Of a stretch of 64,000 bases of DNA, positions 34,838 through 45,224 are shown piece after piece (within the stretch, counting starts at the first letter, position 1; the number at the start of each line of letters is the position of its first letter). Source of the stretch: Deltaproteobacteria bacterium (GTDB lineage: Bacteria > Desulfobacterota > Dissulfuribacteria > Dissulfuribacterales > JALVPX01); contig JALVVK010000001.1 of assembly GCA_027023445.1 (NCBI GenBank), positions 10,964 to 74,963 on the forward strand, in the 5' to 3' direction. The notes under the pieces were generated by a model that saw only the letters and a program-made list of their open reading frames with translations, ran no database searches and was not told the origin of the DNA. The position numbers and the translations under genes are program-made.

Positions 34838-36607
34838 TTAACCGAAAAGGTGGCAGAGAGCAGCTGATACAGCAAAAAACAGAGGTATAAGAAGGAGGAA
34901 AAAACTGCCCTCCACCAATGATTCCAACCTCAGGTTCTGCCCGATACGTCCCCGTAGAAAACGCTTTGATAGCCATATCATGTACAGACTGGGAATGGCC
35001 AGAATAAGGCCGCGCGCTGGCAGCAGGCCTGTTGCCCATGAAAAAATGGAAGCAACCACCTCACCCCAGGCCATTATGGTTACAAATCTTACCACCCTTT
35101 TTTCCCCGATCAGTACGGCAAGGGTCTCTCTTCCAACAATACGATCTCCCTGGACGTCCAGCACCTCTAAGAGTGCCGTCCTGAGATATACCAGGGTTCC
35201 TACCAGGAAGAATACCATCCATTGATCCAGGCGTATTTCAGAAGGCCATTTGTCCGGAACTGCCAGCACGCAGACCGCGGCCCAGGCAAGGGACACGAAA
35301 AGGGTCTTTGAGCCTGGAAGATTTCTCAGGCTGTTTGGAGAATGCCTGCCCGGCAGAATTGGCATGGCGTACAGTACTCCGAACAGGGAGAGTAATACCA
35401 GCAGGATAAAGGAGGGCATCCCTATTACCCACGCCAGAAGCATGCTGCATGACATGGCCGCAAGGGAGGTAAGCACAAAAACCATTCTATGCCTTGCCAT
35501 AAATTTGGCCCGCAGGGGATCATTGAATTCCCCTGCCTTCCTGTCTATCAGGCGATTCAGGGTGTGCATGGCATAGATATAACAGAAGGCCGCTGGGACG
35601 GACGGCGAAAAGGAGAGGAACGAAGCAGCGGAATCACGGGCCTCCAGGATAAAGGCAGACGCCCACGCAAGGACGCCTCCCGCAAGGGCGGTGAGCAGAT
35701 TGGTCTCGTGCAGGAACCTGACCAGTCTGTACATAAATTTATACCAGACCGGTTCGTGGGCACCGGGCAGGGACTGAATTTCTCTGACGATTCTGTTTAT
35801 AACCCAGTTAGGAGTTGAGGCACCGGCCGTAATGCCCACATTCCTGAAATTCGCAAGTACCTCTCTGTCCAGATCATCTTCGGTCTCCACAGGAATTGAG
35901 GTCTTGCCGCATTCAACAACGATTTCGGCCAGCCTGTGCGTGTTTGCGCTCTGTTTTCCGCCAACCACAACGACAGCATCTGTCTCGGATGCGAGCCTTT
36001 TTACCTCGGCCTGGCGTTTATGAGTAGAGTTGCAAATGGTGTTAAAGACCTTTCCTCCGGGAAATCTGTCCAGAATCTGCCGTGACCACCGGGCGAACCG
36101 TTCCTGGTCCTGGGTCGTCTGGGCCAACAGGATATAAGGTCCGGGATCAGGACCGGACAGGAAAAGCCGCAGGTCCTCGTCGTTCGCGATCAATGTGCCC
36201 TGGGCACCTGCGTAGCCCATAATGCCTAAAACCTCGGGATGTCCCCTGTCCCCCACGAGCAGAACCTGCAAACCCCTTCCGGCATAGTGCCGGGCAAGCA
36301 TCTGGACCTTTATCACCCTTGGGCAGGTGGCGTCCAGAACCTTGAATCCCGCTTTGAGAATGCGTGCCTTGTCATCCGGACAGACACCATGTGCCCTGAT
36401 GATAACCGTGCCATGGCCGTGATCCGGGATTTTCTCGAGGACATGAACGCCCCTTGCCTCAAGCAGCATCAGGGCAGATGGATTGTGGATAAGGGGTCCG
36501 TATGTAAAGACCGGCGGTTCGGCCTTCTGGGCTGCATCAAGGGCCATGGACATGGCCCTTCTGACCCCCATGCAGAAACCGGCCACTTTGGCAATCTGAA
36601 GATTCAT
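34838..36607 (-). CDS. ispH: IspH (HMBPP reductase) fused to a polytopic UbiA-type prenyltransferase-like domain
   Basis: The N-terminal ~285 aa look like IspH, with three cluster Cys (GFCMGV, DATCPRV, NTICNST) and ITAGASTP. The C-terminal ~300 aa are hydrophobic with several predicted TM helices and carry LNRLIDRKAGEFND and LDVQGDRIVGRETLAVLIG motifs resembling the two Asp-rich UbiA motifs. Confidence 0.75.
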   Translation of the reverse strand: MNLQIAKVAGFCMGVRRAMSMALDAAQKAEPPVFTYGPLIHNPSALMLLEARGVHVLEKIPDHGHGTVIIRAHGVCPDDKARILKAGFKVLDATCPRVIKVQMLARHYAGRGLQVLLVGDRGHPEVLGIMGYAGAQGTLIANDEDLRLFLSGPDPGPYILLAQTTQDQERFARWSRQILDRFPGGKVFNTICNSTHKRQAEVKRLASETDAVVVVGGKQSANTHRLAEIVVECGKTSIPVETEDDLDREVLANFRNVGITAGASTPNWVINRIVREIQSLPGAHEPVWYKFMYRLVRFLHETNLLTALAGGVLAWASAFILEARDSAASFLSFSPSVPAAFCYIYAMHTLNRLIDRKAGEFNDPLRAKFMARHRMVFVLTSLAAMSCSMLLAWVIGMPSFILLVLLSLFGVLYAMPILPGRHSPNSLRNLPGSKTLFVSLAWAAVCVLAVPDKWPSEIRLDQWMVFFLVGTLVYLRTALLEVLDVQGDRIVGRETLAVLIGEKRVVRFVTIMAWGEVVASIFSWATGLLPARGLILAIPSLYMIWLSKRFLRGRIGQNLRLESLVEGSFFLLLIPLFFAVSAALCHLFG

Positions 36608-36658
36608 GATGTAGCGCTACCGGAGCGAATCCTTCCCTTCAATCCGGGAATGACGCCC

Positions 36659-38776
36659 TTACTCATTCACCACGATGGCTGAAAGATCTCCTATCCGGAG
36701 GAAAAGCCGTGAAATCTGCCACAAAAGAGCCCTCCTGTTGTTTCTGACCCTTTCATCTTCAGCCATAACGAGCACATTATCAAAAAAATTGTCCACATGG
36801 GGCCTGATGGTGAGCAGCTGGACAAAGGCCTTTTCATATGCGGCCTCATCCACCGCTTCGCCGGCGCTCTCGCCCTTTTCAGCCCCTAACAGGCTGTTCA
36901 TCGTCTGTTTCAGGGAGACCGCAGCATTATAAAGCCTCTTTTCTTCATCAGCCTCCATGAGTTCGGGAGAGACTTCACCGCCTTCATAGTCCTTGAGGAT
37001 ATTCATTACCCTTTTAAAGGCGAGACTGAGGGATTCAAATTCGCCTCTTTTCCTTACAGCCGAAAGGGCCTTGATCCTGTACAGACAATCCAGCGGATTT
37101 TCGAACCCGGCCCTGATGGCGGCCTCGATTATATCCTGCCGGAAGCCCCTGGCTATTAAATCGAAGACAAATCTGCGCTGGAAAAACCCGATTATTTCCT
37201 CGACCAGCCCGTCTTCAGCCTCGGACCGGATGTCATAAATCAAACCAAGCGCCTGGCGCGTCAGTTCCGTCAGGGACAATGACCAGGATCTCGATTCCAG
37301 AATGGAAAGGATTCCCAGCGACAGGCGCCTCAGCCCGTAAGGATCGGCCGTGCCCGACGGCCTGAAGCCTATGGTGAAGGTTCCGCAGATGGTATCTATC
37401 TTGTCCGCAATGCTGCATATGGCCCCCGCCGCGGTTGCGGGAAGATCCCCGCCCGAACGCACCGGCAGGTAATGTTCCTCTATGGCCCTGGCGGTTTCCG
37501 GAGATTCTCCGGAGACAAGCGCGTAAACCCGGCCCATTGTTCCCTGAAGCGTGGGGAATTCCCCTACCATTTCCGTAAGGAGATCCGCCTTGCAGAGGAA
37601 CGCGGCCCTCCGGACGACATCAAACTGATCCGGAGCCAGCCGTTCAGCAAGGTGTCCCGCCAGGGTCCGGACCCTTTTTGTCTTGTCAAGCAGGCTGCCT
37701 AATTTTTCATGAAAAACAACTCCGGATAACTCAGGCACAAAGGCCTCGAGGGGCCTTTTTTTGTCCTCCCTGAAGAAAAATGCCGCGTCACTCAGCCTGG
37801 CCCGTATCACCCTCTCATGCCCTTCCCTGACCAGCTCTACCCTGGGTGAAAGTGTGTTGTTAACCGCTATAAAATTGGGAAGCAGATTCCCTTTATCATC
37901 CACCACGGCAAAATATTTCTGGTGCTCCCGCATGGCTGTTATCAGCACCTCTTTGGGCAGTTCCAGAAAAGAACGGTCAAAGGAACCGCAGACAGCGGAA
38001 GGAAATTCCGTGAGATAGGTGTTCAGTTCCAGAAGCCTCTGGTCCGGGAGAATGCGGCCTTTTTCAACTCCGGCGGCCCGTTCAGCGGCATCCAGCACCA
38101 TTTTTTGCCGTTCGTCCGGGTCAGGTATCACATGTGCCTTTCTCAGGGTCGACAGATAGGCGTCACAATCCGCATTTTTCAGTTCTATCTGCCCCGGAGC
38201 CATGAATCTGTGTCCTCTGGACTGCCTGCCTGATTCCACGCCGGCCATGGAAAAAGGCACAGGGTCCTGACCATACAGGGCAACTATCCAGCGAATCGGC
38301 CTTGCGAACCTGAGCCCGCTCGCCTCCCAGCGCATGGTCTTTGGAAACGGTATGGAAGTAATGATCTCAGGCAGGATCGTTTTTAGCAGCTCACTGGTGT
38401 CCCTGCCCGAAACAATCTTTCGCAAAACAGCATAGGGACCCCGCTCCGTGTCCTTTACCGAAAGGTCAGCCACATCAACGCCATGCTTTTTTGCAAAACC
38501 TTCGGCCGCCCTTGTTGGCGAACCGTCTTTGGCAAACGCGACCTTGGCGGGAGGTCCGACCTGGATTTCCTCTCTGTCCGGCTGCCTGTCAGCCAACCCG
38601 TTTACAGAAACGGCTAATCTCCTTGGCGTACCAAATACCTTTATGGAATCCAGGGATAGAAAATTTTTCTCCAGGCGTCCCCGGATCGAGGACTCAAGAT
38701 ATTTCAGGGCAGGTGGAATAAAGGAGGCGGGAATTTCCTCTGTGCCGATTTCGAGGAGCAAATTATTTTTATTCAT
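36659..38776 (-). CDS. glyS: glycine--tRNA ligase beta subunit
   Basis: [18 protein letters not shown]-terminus and GlyS-length body. The ATG at 38776 overlaps the glyQ stop (ATGAATAA); the track's upstream extension is unlikely. Confidence 0.9.
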   Translation of the reverse strand: MNKNNLLLEIGTEEIPASFIPPALKYLESSIRGRLEKNFLSLDSIKVFGTPRRLAVSVNGLADRQPDREEIQVGPPAKVAFAKDGSPTRAAEGFAKKHGVDVADLSVKDTERGPYAVLRKIVSGRDTSELLKTILPEIITSIPFPKTMRWEASGLRFARPIRWIVALYGQDPVPFSMAGVESGRQSRGHRFMAPGQIELKNADCDAYLSTLRKAHVIPDPDERQKMVLDAAERAAGVEKGRILPDQRLLELNTYLTEFPSAVCGSFDRSFLELPKEVLITAMREHQKYFAVVDDKGNLLPNFIAVNNTLSPRVELVREGHERVIRARLSDAAFFFREDKKRPLEAFVPELSGVVFHEKLGSLLDKTKRVRTLAGHLAERLAPDQFDVVRRAAFLCKADLLTEMVGEFPTLQGTMGRVYALVSGESPETARAIEEHYLPVRSGGDLPATAAGAICSIADKIDTICGTFTIGFRPSGTADPYGLRRLSLGILSILESRSWSLSLTELTRQALGLIYDIRSEAEDGLVEEIIGFFQRRFVFDLIARGFRQDIIEAAIRAGFENPLDCLYRIKALSAVRKRGEFESLSLAFKRVMNILKDYEGGEVSPELMEADEEKRLYNAAVSLKQTMNSLLGAEKGESAGEAVDEAAYEKAFVQLLTIRPHVDNFFDNVLVMAEDERVRNNRRALLWQISRLFLRIGDLSAIVVNE

Positions 38777-39641
38777 GTCCACAGCCCTCCCTTTCCCGTT
38801 CGGCCAGGGCCTGCACGTAACGCTCTGCCGATCGCCGGGCAAGTTTTCTGACCCGGCCTATATGGGCGGTTCTCTCCGCTACGCTGATGGCCCCCCTTGC
38901 ATCCAGGAGGTTGAAGTAATGTGAGCATTTTAAACACTGGTCATAGGCCGGAGAAACCAACCCAAGATCCAGAAGCCTGTGGCCTTCCCTTTCGCAAAGT
39001 TGAAACATCTGCCTGAGCGTGTCCACGTCTGCCGCCTCGAAGTTGTATCGTGAGTACTCCACCTCATCCCTGTGATGCACGTTTCCGTAGAGTACCTTTT
39101 CGTTCCACTTGAGGTCAAAGACATTGTCTATGCCCTGGAGATACATGGCGATACGCTCCAGGCCATAGGTAAGCTCCACGGAAATAGGGTTGACATCTAT
39201 GCCCCCCACCTGCTGGAAATAGGTAAACTGGGTAATCTCCATGCCATCCAGCCATATCTCCCATCCAAGCCCCCATGCGCCAAGGGTGGGAGACTCCCAG
39301 TCATCCTCAACAAATCTGACATCGTGTTCCGTGAGATCCAGTCCGAAACTGGAAAGACTGTTAAGATACAGATCCTGTATGTTTTCCGGGGCGGGCTTCA
39401 GGACAACCTGATACTGGTAATAATGCTGAAGCCTGTTGGGGTTTTCACCATAGCGTCCGTCTGTGGGCCTCCTTGACGGCTGCACATACGCCACCCTCCT
39501 GGGGTCTGGCCCAAGAGATCCAAAAAAAGTGGCCGGATGAAAGGTGCCTGCCCCGACCTCCATGTCATACGGGTGCAGAAGCAGACAACCCTGTTTTGCC
39601 CAGTAATGGTTCAACGCGGTAACAAGTTCCTGAAAGGTCAT
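38769..39641 (-). CDS. glyQ: glycine--tRNA ligase alpha subunit
   Basis: 290 aa; [19 protein letters not shown]...[26 protein letters not shown] is highly characteristic. Confidence 0.95.
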   Translation of the reverse strand: MTFQELVTALNHYWAKQGCLLLHPYDMEVGAGTFHPATFFGSLGPDPRRVAYVQPSRRPTDGRYGENPNRLQHYYQYQVVLKPAPENIQDLYLNSLSSFGLDLTEHDVRFVEDDWESPTLGAWGLGWEIWLDGMEITQFTYFQQVGGIDVNPISVELTYGLERIAMYLQGIDNVFDLKWNEKVLYGNVHHRDEVEYSRYNFEAADVDTLRQMFQLCEREGHRLLDLGLVSPAYDQCLKCSHYFNLLDARGAISVAERTAHIGRVRKLARRSAERYVQALAEREREGCGHE

Positions 39642-39864
39642 AATCCTTTTCCTTAATCAGTAATCAATAAGTAGAATGCAATGGAAACTGAAAAGTTATA
39701 ATCTTTTAGCCGCGTATTGCAAGACCGGGATTTAGTTCCAGTGGAAATTTTGAGTGGGCGGCGTTGCCAGATTTTCCTGGCAGGGCCTTGCTGTCAAGTC
39801 CTCCGGCCGTTCAAACCGCAGTAGGCACAGAGTGAAGGAACGGGGAATTCGTCCGTATCAGGTG

Positions 39865-41127
39865 TCATTCGAGTCCAAGACTTTCCCCATCTGAAAGTTT
39901 ATATGGAATCTGCCAGTCTTCTTCCCTGATTCCCGGCGCGACAATGCAGTTAATTCCCACCCTTGCTTCCCCGGGAACAGAAGCCCATTTCCCGAGCAGG
40001 GTGAGGCCAGCTGAGAGATGCCCCGGATAACGCCGGTTTGAGACCTGCTCATTGCCTTTCCCTACCACCGACATATCGCCTATTTTTACCTTTTTGTCAG
40101 CGATTGTTTTGTGCACCTCGGCCCTTCTGCCCACTACGGTATCGTGCATTATGACGGAGTCCTCGACCCTGGCCCCCGGCTCCACCACAACACCAGGGGA
40201 CAAGATAGACCCTTTCACCTCGCCGCCTATTACACATCCAGGGGCCACCGCGCTGTTTACCACCCTGGCACCGGGAAGGATCCTTGCGGGCGGTCGATCG
40301 TACACCATCCCGTCTCCCTCGACATTGGTGGCGATACCCCACATCTCGGGTGACAGTCCGCTGGCTTCATCCAGCAGATCCATGTTGGCATCCCACAGGG
40401 CTTTTACCGTGCCCACGTCTCTCCAGTATCCATGGAATCTGTATGCGTAAAGTTGTCCGTCCTTCATGGCGGCGGGCAGAATATGATGCCCGAAGTCCAC
40501 TTCCTTGCCGGCTCTCAAAGAGCTCAGGAGATAATCCGTGTCAAAGACGTAAATTCCCATTGACGCCAGATTGGACCGGGCCTTCGCGGGCTTTTCTTCC
40601 CATTCGACTATGCGGTTTTTTTCATCCACTATCCCAATGCCGAATTGTGAGGTCTGCTCCCAGGGGACCTCCATCATGGCCACGCTGACCTTTGCCCCAG
40701 ATTCCCTGTGGCGCTTTACCATGTCCCTGTAATCCATATAATAGACATGATCACCGGAGAGTATCAGAACCTGCCTTGAGGATCGGGCCTCAATAAAATC
40801 CATGTTCTGTCTGACCGCGTCCGCCGTGCCCTTATACCAGTCTGAATCCTTTTCCCCGGTACGCGGAGGCAGTATTTTTACCGCCCTTGTCCGCCCCACA
40901 AAATCCCAGGCGGCCCCTGTGCCAATATGCCCCATAAGAGACAGGGGTTTATACTGGGTCAGAACCGCAACCTGGGCGAGCCCGGAATTCATTACGTTGG
41001 ACAGTGCGAAATCGATGATTCTGTATATTCCTCCAAAGGGCACCGCTGGCTTGGCCCTGTGCTTGACAAGGATATTAAGCCTGCTTCCCACTCCGCCTGC
41101 AAGGATCATGGCTAGGGTATCACGCAT
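39865..41127 (-). CDS. glgC: glucose-1-phosphate adenylyltransferase
   Basis: 420 aa; LAMILAGGVGSRLNILVKHRAKPAVPFGG.YRIIDFALSN, followed by a left-handed beta-helix C-terminus. Confidence 0.9.
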   Translation of the reverse strand: MRDTLAMILAGGVGSRLNILVKHRAKPAVPFGGIYRIIDFALSNVMNSGLAQVAVLTQYKPLSLMGHIGTGAAWDFVGRTRAVKILPPRTGEKDSDWYKGTADAVRQNMDFIEARSSRQVLILSGDHVYYMDYRDMVKRHRESGAKVSVAMMEVPWEQTSQFGIGIVDEKNRIVEWEEKPAKARSNLASMGIYVFDTDYLLSSLRAGKEVDFGHHILPAAMKDGQLYAYRFHGYWRDVGTVKALWDANMDLLDEASGLSPEMWGIATNVEGDGMVYDRPPARILPGARVVNSAVAPGCVIGGEVKGSILSPGVVVEPGARVEDSVIMHDTVVGRRAEVHKTIADKKVKIGDMSVVGKGNEQVSNRRYPGHLSAGLTLLGKWASVPGEARVGINCIVAPGIREEDWQIPYKLSDGESLGLE

Positions 41128-41454
41128 ATTCGTCGCCTCATCATGGAATTTTTATGCCTGTGAACAATGTAGATCGTATAAGAATAACACAGGAAACAGA
41201 ACTGTAAAACTCGAAGACTCACCGTTTCGCCTGGATCATCGTTTGTTTTGTCTAAGCGGGATTTCGCGGGAAATATCACATGGCCTGTGGATTCGTTTTA
41301 TACCACGCCGGGCCGGGGCGCCGGGGACAAGGCCTCCGGCTTCAGGGATAACGCGGCCTGCATGGGAATACTTTCCACACAGATTCTTTGGGAGATCTTC
41401 GTAAAACAACGGTCTTCGTTTCTGTAAAACCTGCGGGATGCCAGCGGGCCCGCG

Positions 41455-41832
41455 CTATTTTTTTCGGACCGTAATTTTTTCAACGATTTTCCTGTAGTAA
41501 ACCTGGTGTTTTTCCAGGTTTATCGGGCTTCTCCGCAGCATGTTGGCCTTGGTGACCAGGAGATTCAGTTTGCGGGCCTGCCTGTAACGCTCACGTTCGT
41601 CCTCCATGTTCGCCAGCAGGTCGGTTGCGTCCCTTATCTCCTTTTCCGCCAGGAGTTCAGGAGGCAGGAACCCGGCGTTTTTGAGAATTTTATAGGCCAT
41701 CCTGAGATCCGGCGGGACAAAGGAATCATCCTCAAAGACAAGGGGTTTGCCACGGCCCTCCAGGTTTTCAAATTCTCCCTTGTTTATGGCCTCCTCTATC
41801 CTCATTTCCGCAATCCGGGTAAAATCATACAT
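41455..41832 (-). CDS. DnaJ-like DUF1992 protein
   Basis: IAEMRIEEAINKGEFENLEGRGKPL...YKILKNAGFLPPEL is the DUF1992 (DNAJC28-like) signature. I prefer the start at Met18 of the track ORF. Confidence 0.7.
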   Translation of the reverse strand: MYDFTRIAEMRIEEAINKGEFENLEGRGKPLVFEDDSFVPPDLRMAYKILKNAGFLPPELLAEKEIRDATDLLANMEDERERYRQARKLNLLVTKANMLRRSPINLEKHQVYYRKIVEKITVRKK

Positions 41833-41982
41833 GGTCAACCCCGAAATCCAGGCACTGAAGCCACACAGACACGAGGATCGCACTTCAGGCCTTGAGTTAT
41901 GTGGATGAAACTAATAGGTTAAGGCAACCCGTGAATATGAATCTAACATTATTTATTGTGAAAATACAGTCTTGAATGGTAA

Positions 41983-42111
41983 AAGCTCAAAGCTCAAAGC
42001 TCAAGGCTGAAAGCTGAAAGCTCAAGGCTGAAAGCTCAAGGCTCAAGGTAAAAGATTAAGGATATGATTTTTGCCTTATCCCTTTGAGCTTCCGACTTTG
42101 AGCTTTGAATC
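41983..42111. repeat. heptamer microsatellite (AGCTCAA/AGCTGAA units) with an inverted partner
   Basis: 41983-42049 consists of about nine tandem agctcaa/agctgaa/ggctcaa units. 42082-42111 (ctttgagcttccgactttgagctttgaatc) is their reverse complement. The same unit occurs at about 10975-11010. Confidence 0.7.
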
Positions 42112-42156
42112 AACCTTCATGCTCAGCATGAAATTTTAGGCGGGATTCATAAAAAC

Positions 42157-43821
42157 ATGCTCTTGGAATTAAGTCTGAAAGACTTTGTGCTCATTGACCA
42201 GGTATCCATAACCTTTCCGAAAGGCCTCAGCGTGATGACCGGTGAGACAGGCGCGGGGAAATCCCTGCTGGTCGGAGCCATCAAGCTGCTGTTAGGAGCC
42301 AAGGCCAATTCCGGGATGGTCCGGCCCGGCGCGGATCAGGCCGTGGTCCAGGGGGTCTTTGAGGCGCGCCGCGACACACAGAAAATGATGGAACAGATGG
42401 GGATCCCGGCAGACGAAGAGCTCATCGTCCGCAGGATCGTCTCTGTTACCGGCAGGGGCAGGACATATGTAAATGGCGCCATTGTAACCCTGCAGGACCT
42501 GAAAAGGCTGACCGGCGCCCTGTCCAGCATTGCCAGCCAGCACGATTACCAGGCCCTTTTGAAAAAGGATTTCCACAGGATCTGGCTTGATAGCTTCTGT
42601 GGTATAGAAACCCAGGTGGGCGACCTGGCCCTGCTTTATGACAGGCTGAAAAAATTACGGAAACAGATCTCGGAGTTGAAATCCGGCAAGGACCTTATCC
42701 AGGCGGAAATCCGGGAGCTGGAGGACCAGGCCCGCAGGATAGACCAGGTCTCACCCGTGGCCGGGGAAGACCAGGGACTTGAGCAGGAACTCAGGGTGCT
42801 CAGGTCGGCCGAGGACCTGAGAGACCTGGGATCGTCATGTTTTCAGAACCTTTACGCCGGCAGGGGCTCTGTGCACGAAACGCTTCACCAGTGCGCCCAG
42901 GACCTTGAACGCATGAGCCGGCTTGACCCATCCCTTTCCACCGCCACGGAAGAACTCCGGGCCGCCATGTATCAGGCCCAGGAGGTCTCCTTCACGCTCA
43001 GAGATTACCTGGGATCCCTGGATTCCGACCCAGCAAGGTTGAAAAAGGTGGAACAGCGCCTTTATGAACTGAGAGAGCTGATCCGGGACCATGGCCCAAC
43101 CATCGAAGACGTCCTTGCCTATAGAGACGAAATCGAAGAACGTCTCGCACGGCTGACAGCAGGGCAGGACGACCTTCCAAGGCTCGAATCCCAGAGAGAA
43201 GATGCGGAAAAGGAACTTTTGCAGGCCGCCGGAGATGTATCCGGTAAGCGCGTCCGGGGAGCCGTCCGGCTGTCAAAAGCGGTGCAGATCGAGCTGAGGG
43301 GCCTTAACATGCCTCAGGCGGCGTTTGAGGTGTCGGTAAAGGCACCCGGGCATCCTGTGCCGGAAGATGTGGGCCCCAACGGCATGGACCGGGTGGAATT
43401 CCTGTTCAGCCCTAATCCGGGCCAACCGCTGAAACCACTTTCAGCCATTGCCTCCGGCGGAGAGCTCTCCAGGGTCATGCTGGCCATAACCGTGGTCCTC
43501 GCGGGCAGGGCCCGGGTTGAAACCATGATATTTGATGAAATAGACGCGGGCATCGGGGGAGAGGTGGCCAACCGGGTCGGGGAACGGCTGGCGCGTCTTG
43601 CCCGTTCCGGGCAGGTTATAGCCATAACCCACTTTCCCCAGATCGCATCCAGGGCGGATTTTCACCTGAGGGTAAGCAAACAGGTGTCCAGTGGCCATAC
43701 CAGGACCTCGGTCAGCGTACTGGACCAGGATGGACGCCTGAGAGAACTCACGAGGATGCTCGGAGGGGAGGGCGACGAGGCCACGCGGTATGCCCGGAAA
43801 CTTCTGGGCATGGAGGGCTGA
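42157..43821 (+). CDS. recN: DNA repair protein RecN
   Basis: 554 aa; N-terminal Walker A GETGAGKS, a long coiled coil, a C-terminal signature SGGELSRVMLA and Walker B MIFDEIDAGIGG. Confidence 0.9.
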   Translation: MLLELSLKDFVLIDQVSITFPKGLSVMTGETGAGKSLLVGAIKLLLGAKANSGMVRPGADQAVVQGVFEARRDTQKMMEQMGIPADEELIVRRIVSVTGRGRTYVNGAIVTLQDLKRLTGALSSIASQHDYQALLKKDFHRIWLDSFCGIETQVGDLALLYDRLKKLRKQISELKSGKDLIQAEIRELEDQARRIDQVSPVAGEDQGLEQELRVLRSAEDLRDLGSSCFQNLYAGRGSVHETLHQCAQDLERMSRLDPSLSTATEELRAAMYQAQEVSFTLRDYLGSLDSDPARLKKVEQRLYELRELIRDHGPTIEDVLAYRDEIEERLARLTAGQDDLPRLESQREDAEKELLQAAGDVSGKRVRGAVRLSKAVQIELRGLNMPQAAFEVSVKAPGHPVPEDVGPNGMDRVEFLFSPNPGQPLKPLSAIASGGELSRVMLAITVVLAGRARVETMIFDEIDAGIGGEVANRVGERLARLARSGQVIAITHFPQIASRADFHLRVSKQVSSGHTRTSVSVLDQDGRLRELTRMLGGEGDEATRYARKLLGMEG

Positions 43822-43822
43822 C

Positions 43823-44845
43823 ATGCAGGGGAACAGGCCTGCCCTCTGCCTGGTACTTTTCTCCGGGGGCCTGGACAGTATCCTTGCCTGCAGGATATTG
43901 CAGGAACAGGGCATCAGGACCACGGCCCTGAGATTCATCACCCCGTTTTTCGGCTATGATCTCAAGGGACGCGAGGCTGTGGCCGAAGCCGAGATCCTTG
44001 AAAAGTACGGCATCGACATGAGGGTTATAGACATATCGGAGCCGTACCTCGCCATGCTCAAAAGGCCGCCGCATGGTTTTGGCAGGTACCTTAATCCCTG
44101 CATCGACTGCAAAATACTCATGCTCCGCCAGGCCATAACCATGATGCCCGCCTTCGGAGCGGATTTTCTGGCTACAGGAGAGGTGTTGGGGCAAAGGCCA
44201 ATGTCCCAGCGCAGGGATGCCATGGACATCATTGAACGCGACAGCGGCGCCAGGGGCCTGCTGCTGAGGCCCCTTTCCGCCCTCGGCCTGAAACCCACCC
44301 GGATGGAGGAATCCGGTATGGTTGATCGTTCCAGGCTCCTTGGCATTACCGGGCGTGGCAGAAAGGAGCAGATCGCCCTGGCATCGCGTTACGGCATAAA
44401 GGATTATCCTGCTCCGGCCGGGGGATGCGTGCTTGCGGACCGCATCTTATCCTGTCGGTTCAGGAAGCTGTTCAAACACTTCGGTGACATCCCGGACATC
44501 AATTCCCTGCTTCTGGCCCAGGCGGGAAGGCATTTTATCCTGCCAGACGGATCGTGGCTTGTCCTTGGAAGGGACGAGAAAGAAAATCAGCGGATTGAAG
44601 GTCTGGTAGGGAAAAATGACATCATGCTGAGGCCTTCCGGTATCCCCGGTCCGCTGGGCCTTCTAAGGGGTCTTAAAGATTACCAATCCGTTGAAACCGC
44701 CTCCAGGTTACTTCTGCGCTATTCCAGGGCCAGAGGCAGGGAGGCAGCGGTCAGGGCCATCTGCCGGGATAACGGTTCCTCCCGGATTCTGAAGGTATCC
44801 AGCGCGTCCGCGAGGCTGACGGAATCCCTTAAACTTTCATGCTAA
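43823..44845 (+). CDS. PP-loop ATP pyrophosphatase superfamily protein (ThiI/MnmA-like tRNA thiolation enzyme, tentative)
   Basis: LFSGGLDS PP-loop, NPCIDCK and ATGEVLGQRPMSQ motifs. The ATG at 43823 lies just after the recN stop. The last codons lie inside repeat R2. Confidence 0.6.
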   Translation: MQGNRPALCLVLFSGGLDSILACRILQEQGIRTTALRFITPFFGYDLKGREAVAEAEILEKYGIDMRVIDISEPYLAMLKRPPHGFGRYLNPCIDCKILMLRQAITMMPAFGADFLATGEVLGQRPMSQRRDAMDIIERDSGARGLLLRPLSALGLKPTRMEESGMVDRSRLLGITGRGRKEQIALASRYGIKDYPAPAGGCVLADRILSCRFRKLFKHFGDIPDINSLLLAQAGRHFILPDGSWLVLGRDEKENQRIEGLVGKNDIMLRPSGIPGPLGLLRGLKDYQSVETASRLLLRYSRARGREAAVRAICRDNGSSRILKVSSASARLTESLKLSC

Positions 44846-45000
44846 GTGGCGCTTCGCATCCCTGGGCATGAAAATGTTGAATTGATAAATGGTGAATTGT
44901 AAATTGTGGCAAACCAATTTTTACTGAATTCAGAAAGATATAACGACTTAGTACCTTAATTTAACATTCAGAATTTACCATTTAACATTGTATTTTCAAC
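44826..45000 (+). repeat. ~180-bp composite dispersed repeat (family R2, copy 2)
   Basis: Aligns with 24295-24476. It is followed at 45003-45062 by a further unit (ctctgggaacatgttgctttttatccatgtatgtccttgtgtgtccatggct), whose reverse complement occurs at about 6157-6215. Confidence 0.65.
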
Positions 45001-45224
45001 GCACCTCTGGGAACATGTTGCTTTTTATCCATGTATGTCCTTGTGTGTCCATGGCTGATCAAAAAATGCATTTTCGGATAAAATATGACAGTTTGATGAA
45101 TAGATGCTAACTTTCATTGACTTGCGGCAACTTGACGGTATGTTAATTTCGTTCTGACTCAAACCGGTATAGAGGCCACCATGAGGCCTTGACCCGGTGA
45201 TACCAGGCTTGGGGAGATTTCAAG

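Noticed and set aside
38777-38842. Upstream extension of glyS (track start 38842).
   Set aside because: It lies inside glyQ. The canonical GlyS N-terminus [16 protein letters not shown] starts at 38776 with the typical glyQ-glyS overlap.
41128-41454. The 327-bp glgC upstream region, examined for a riboswitch or small ORF (track ORF 41298-41483).
   Set aside because: I saw no recognisable riboswitch core motifs. The ORF is Arg/Pro-rich with no ribosome-binding site. Only a weak hairpin follows the DUF1992 gene.
41983-42049. Tandem short repeats considered as a possible CRISPR array.
   Set aside because: The units are 7-9 nt with no unique spacers, and no cas genes are nearby. This is a microsatellite-type tract.
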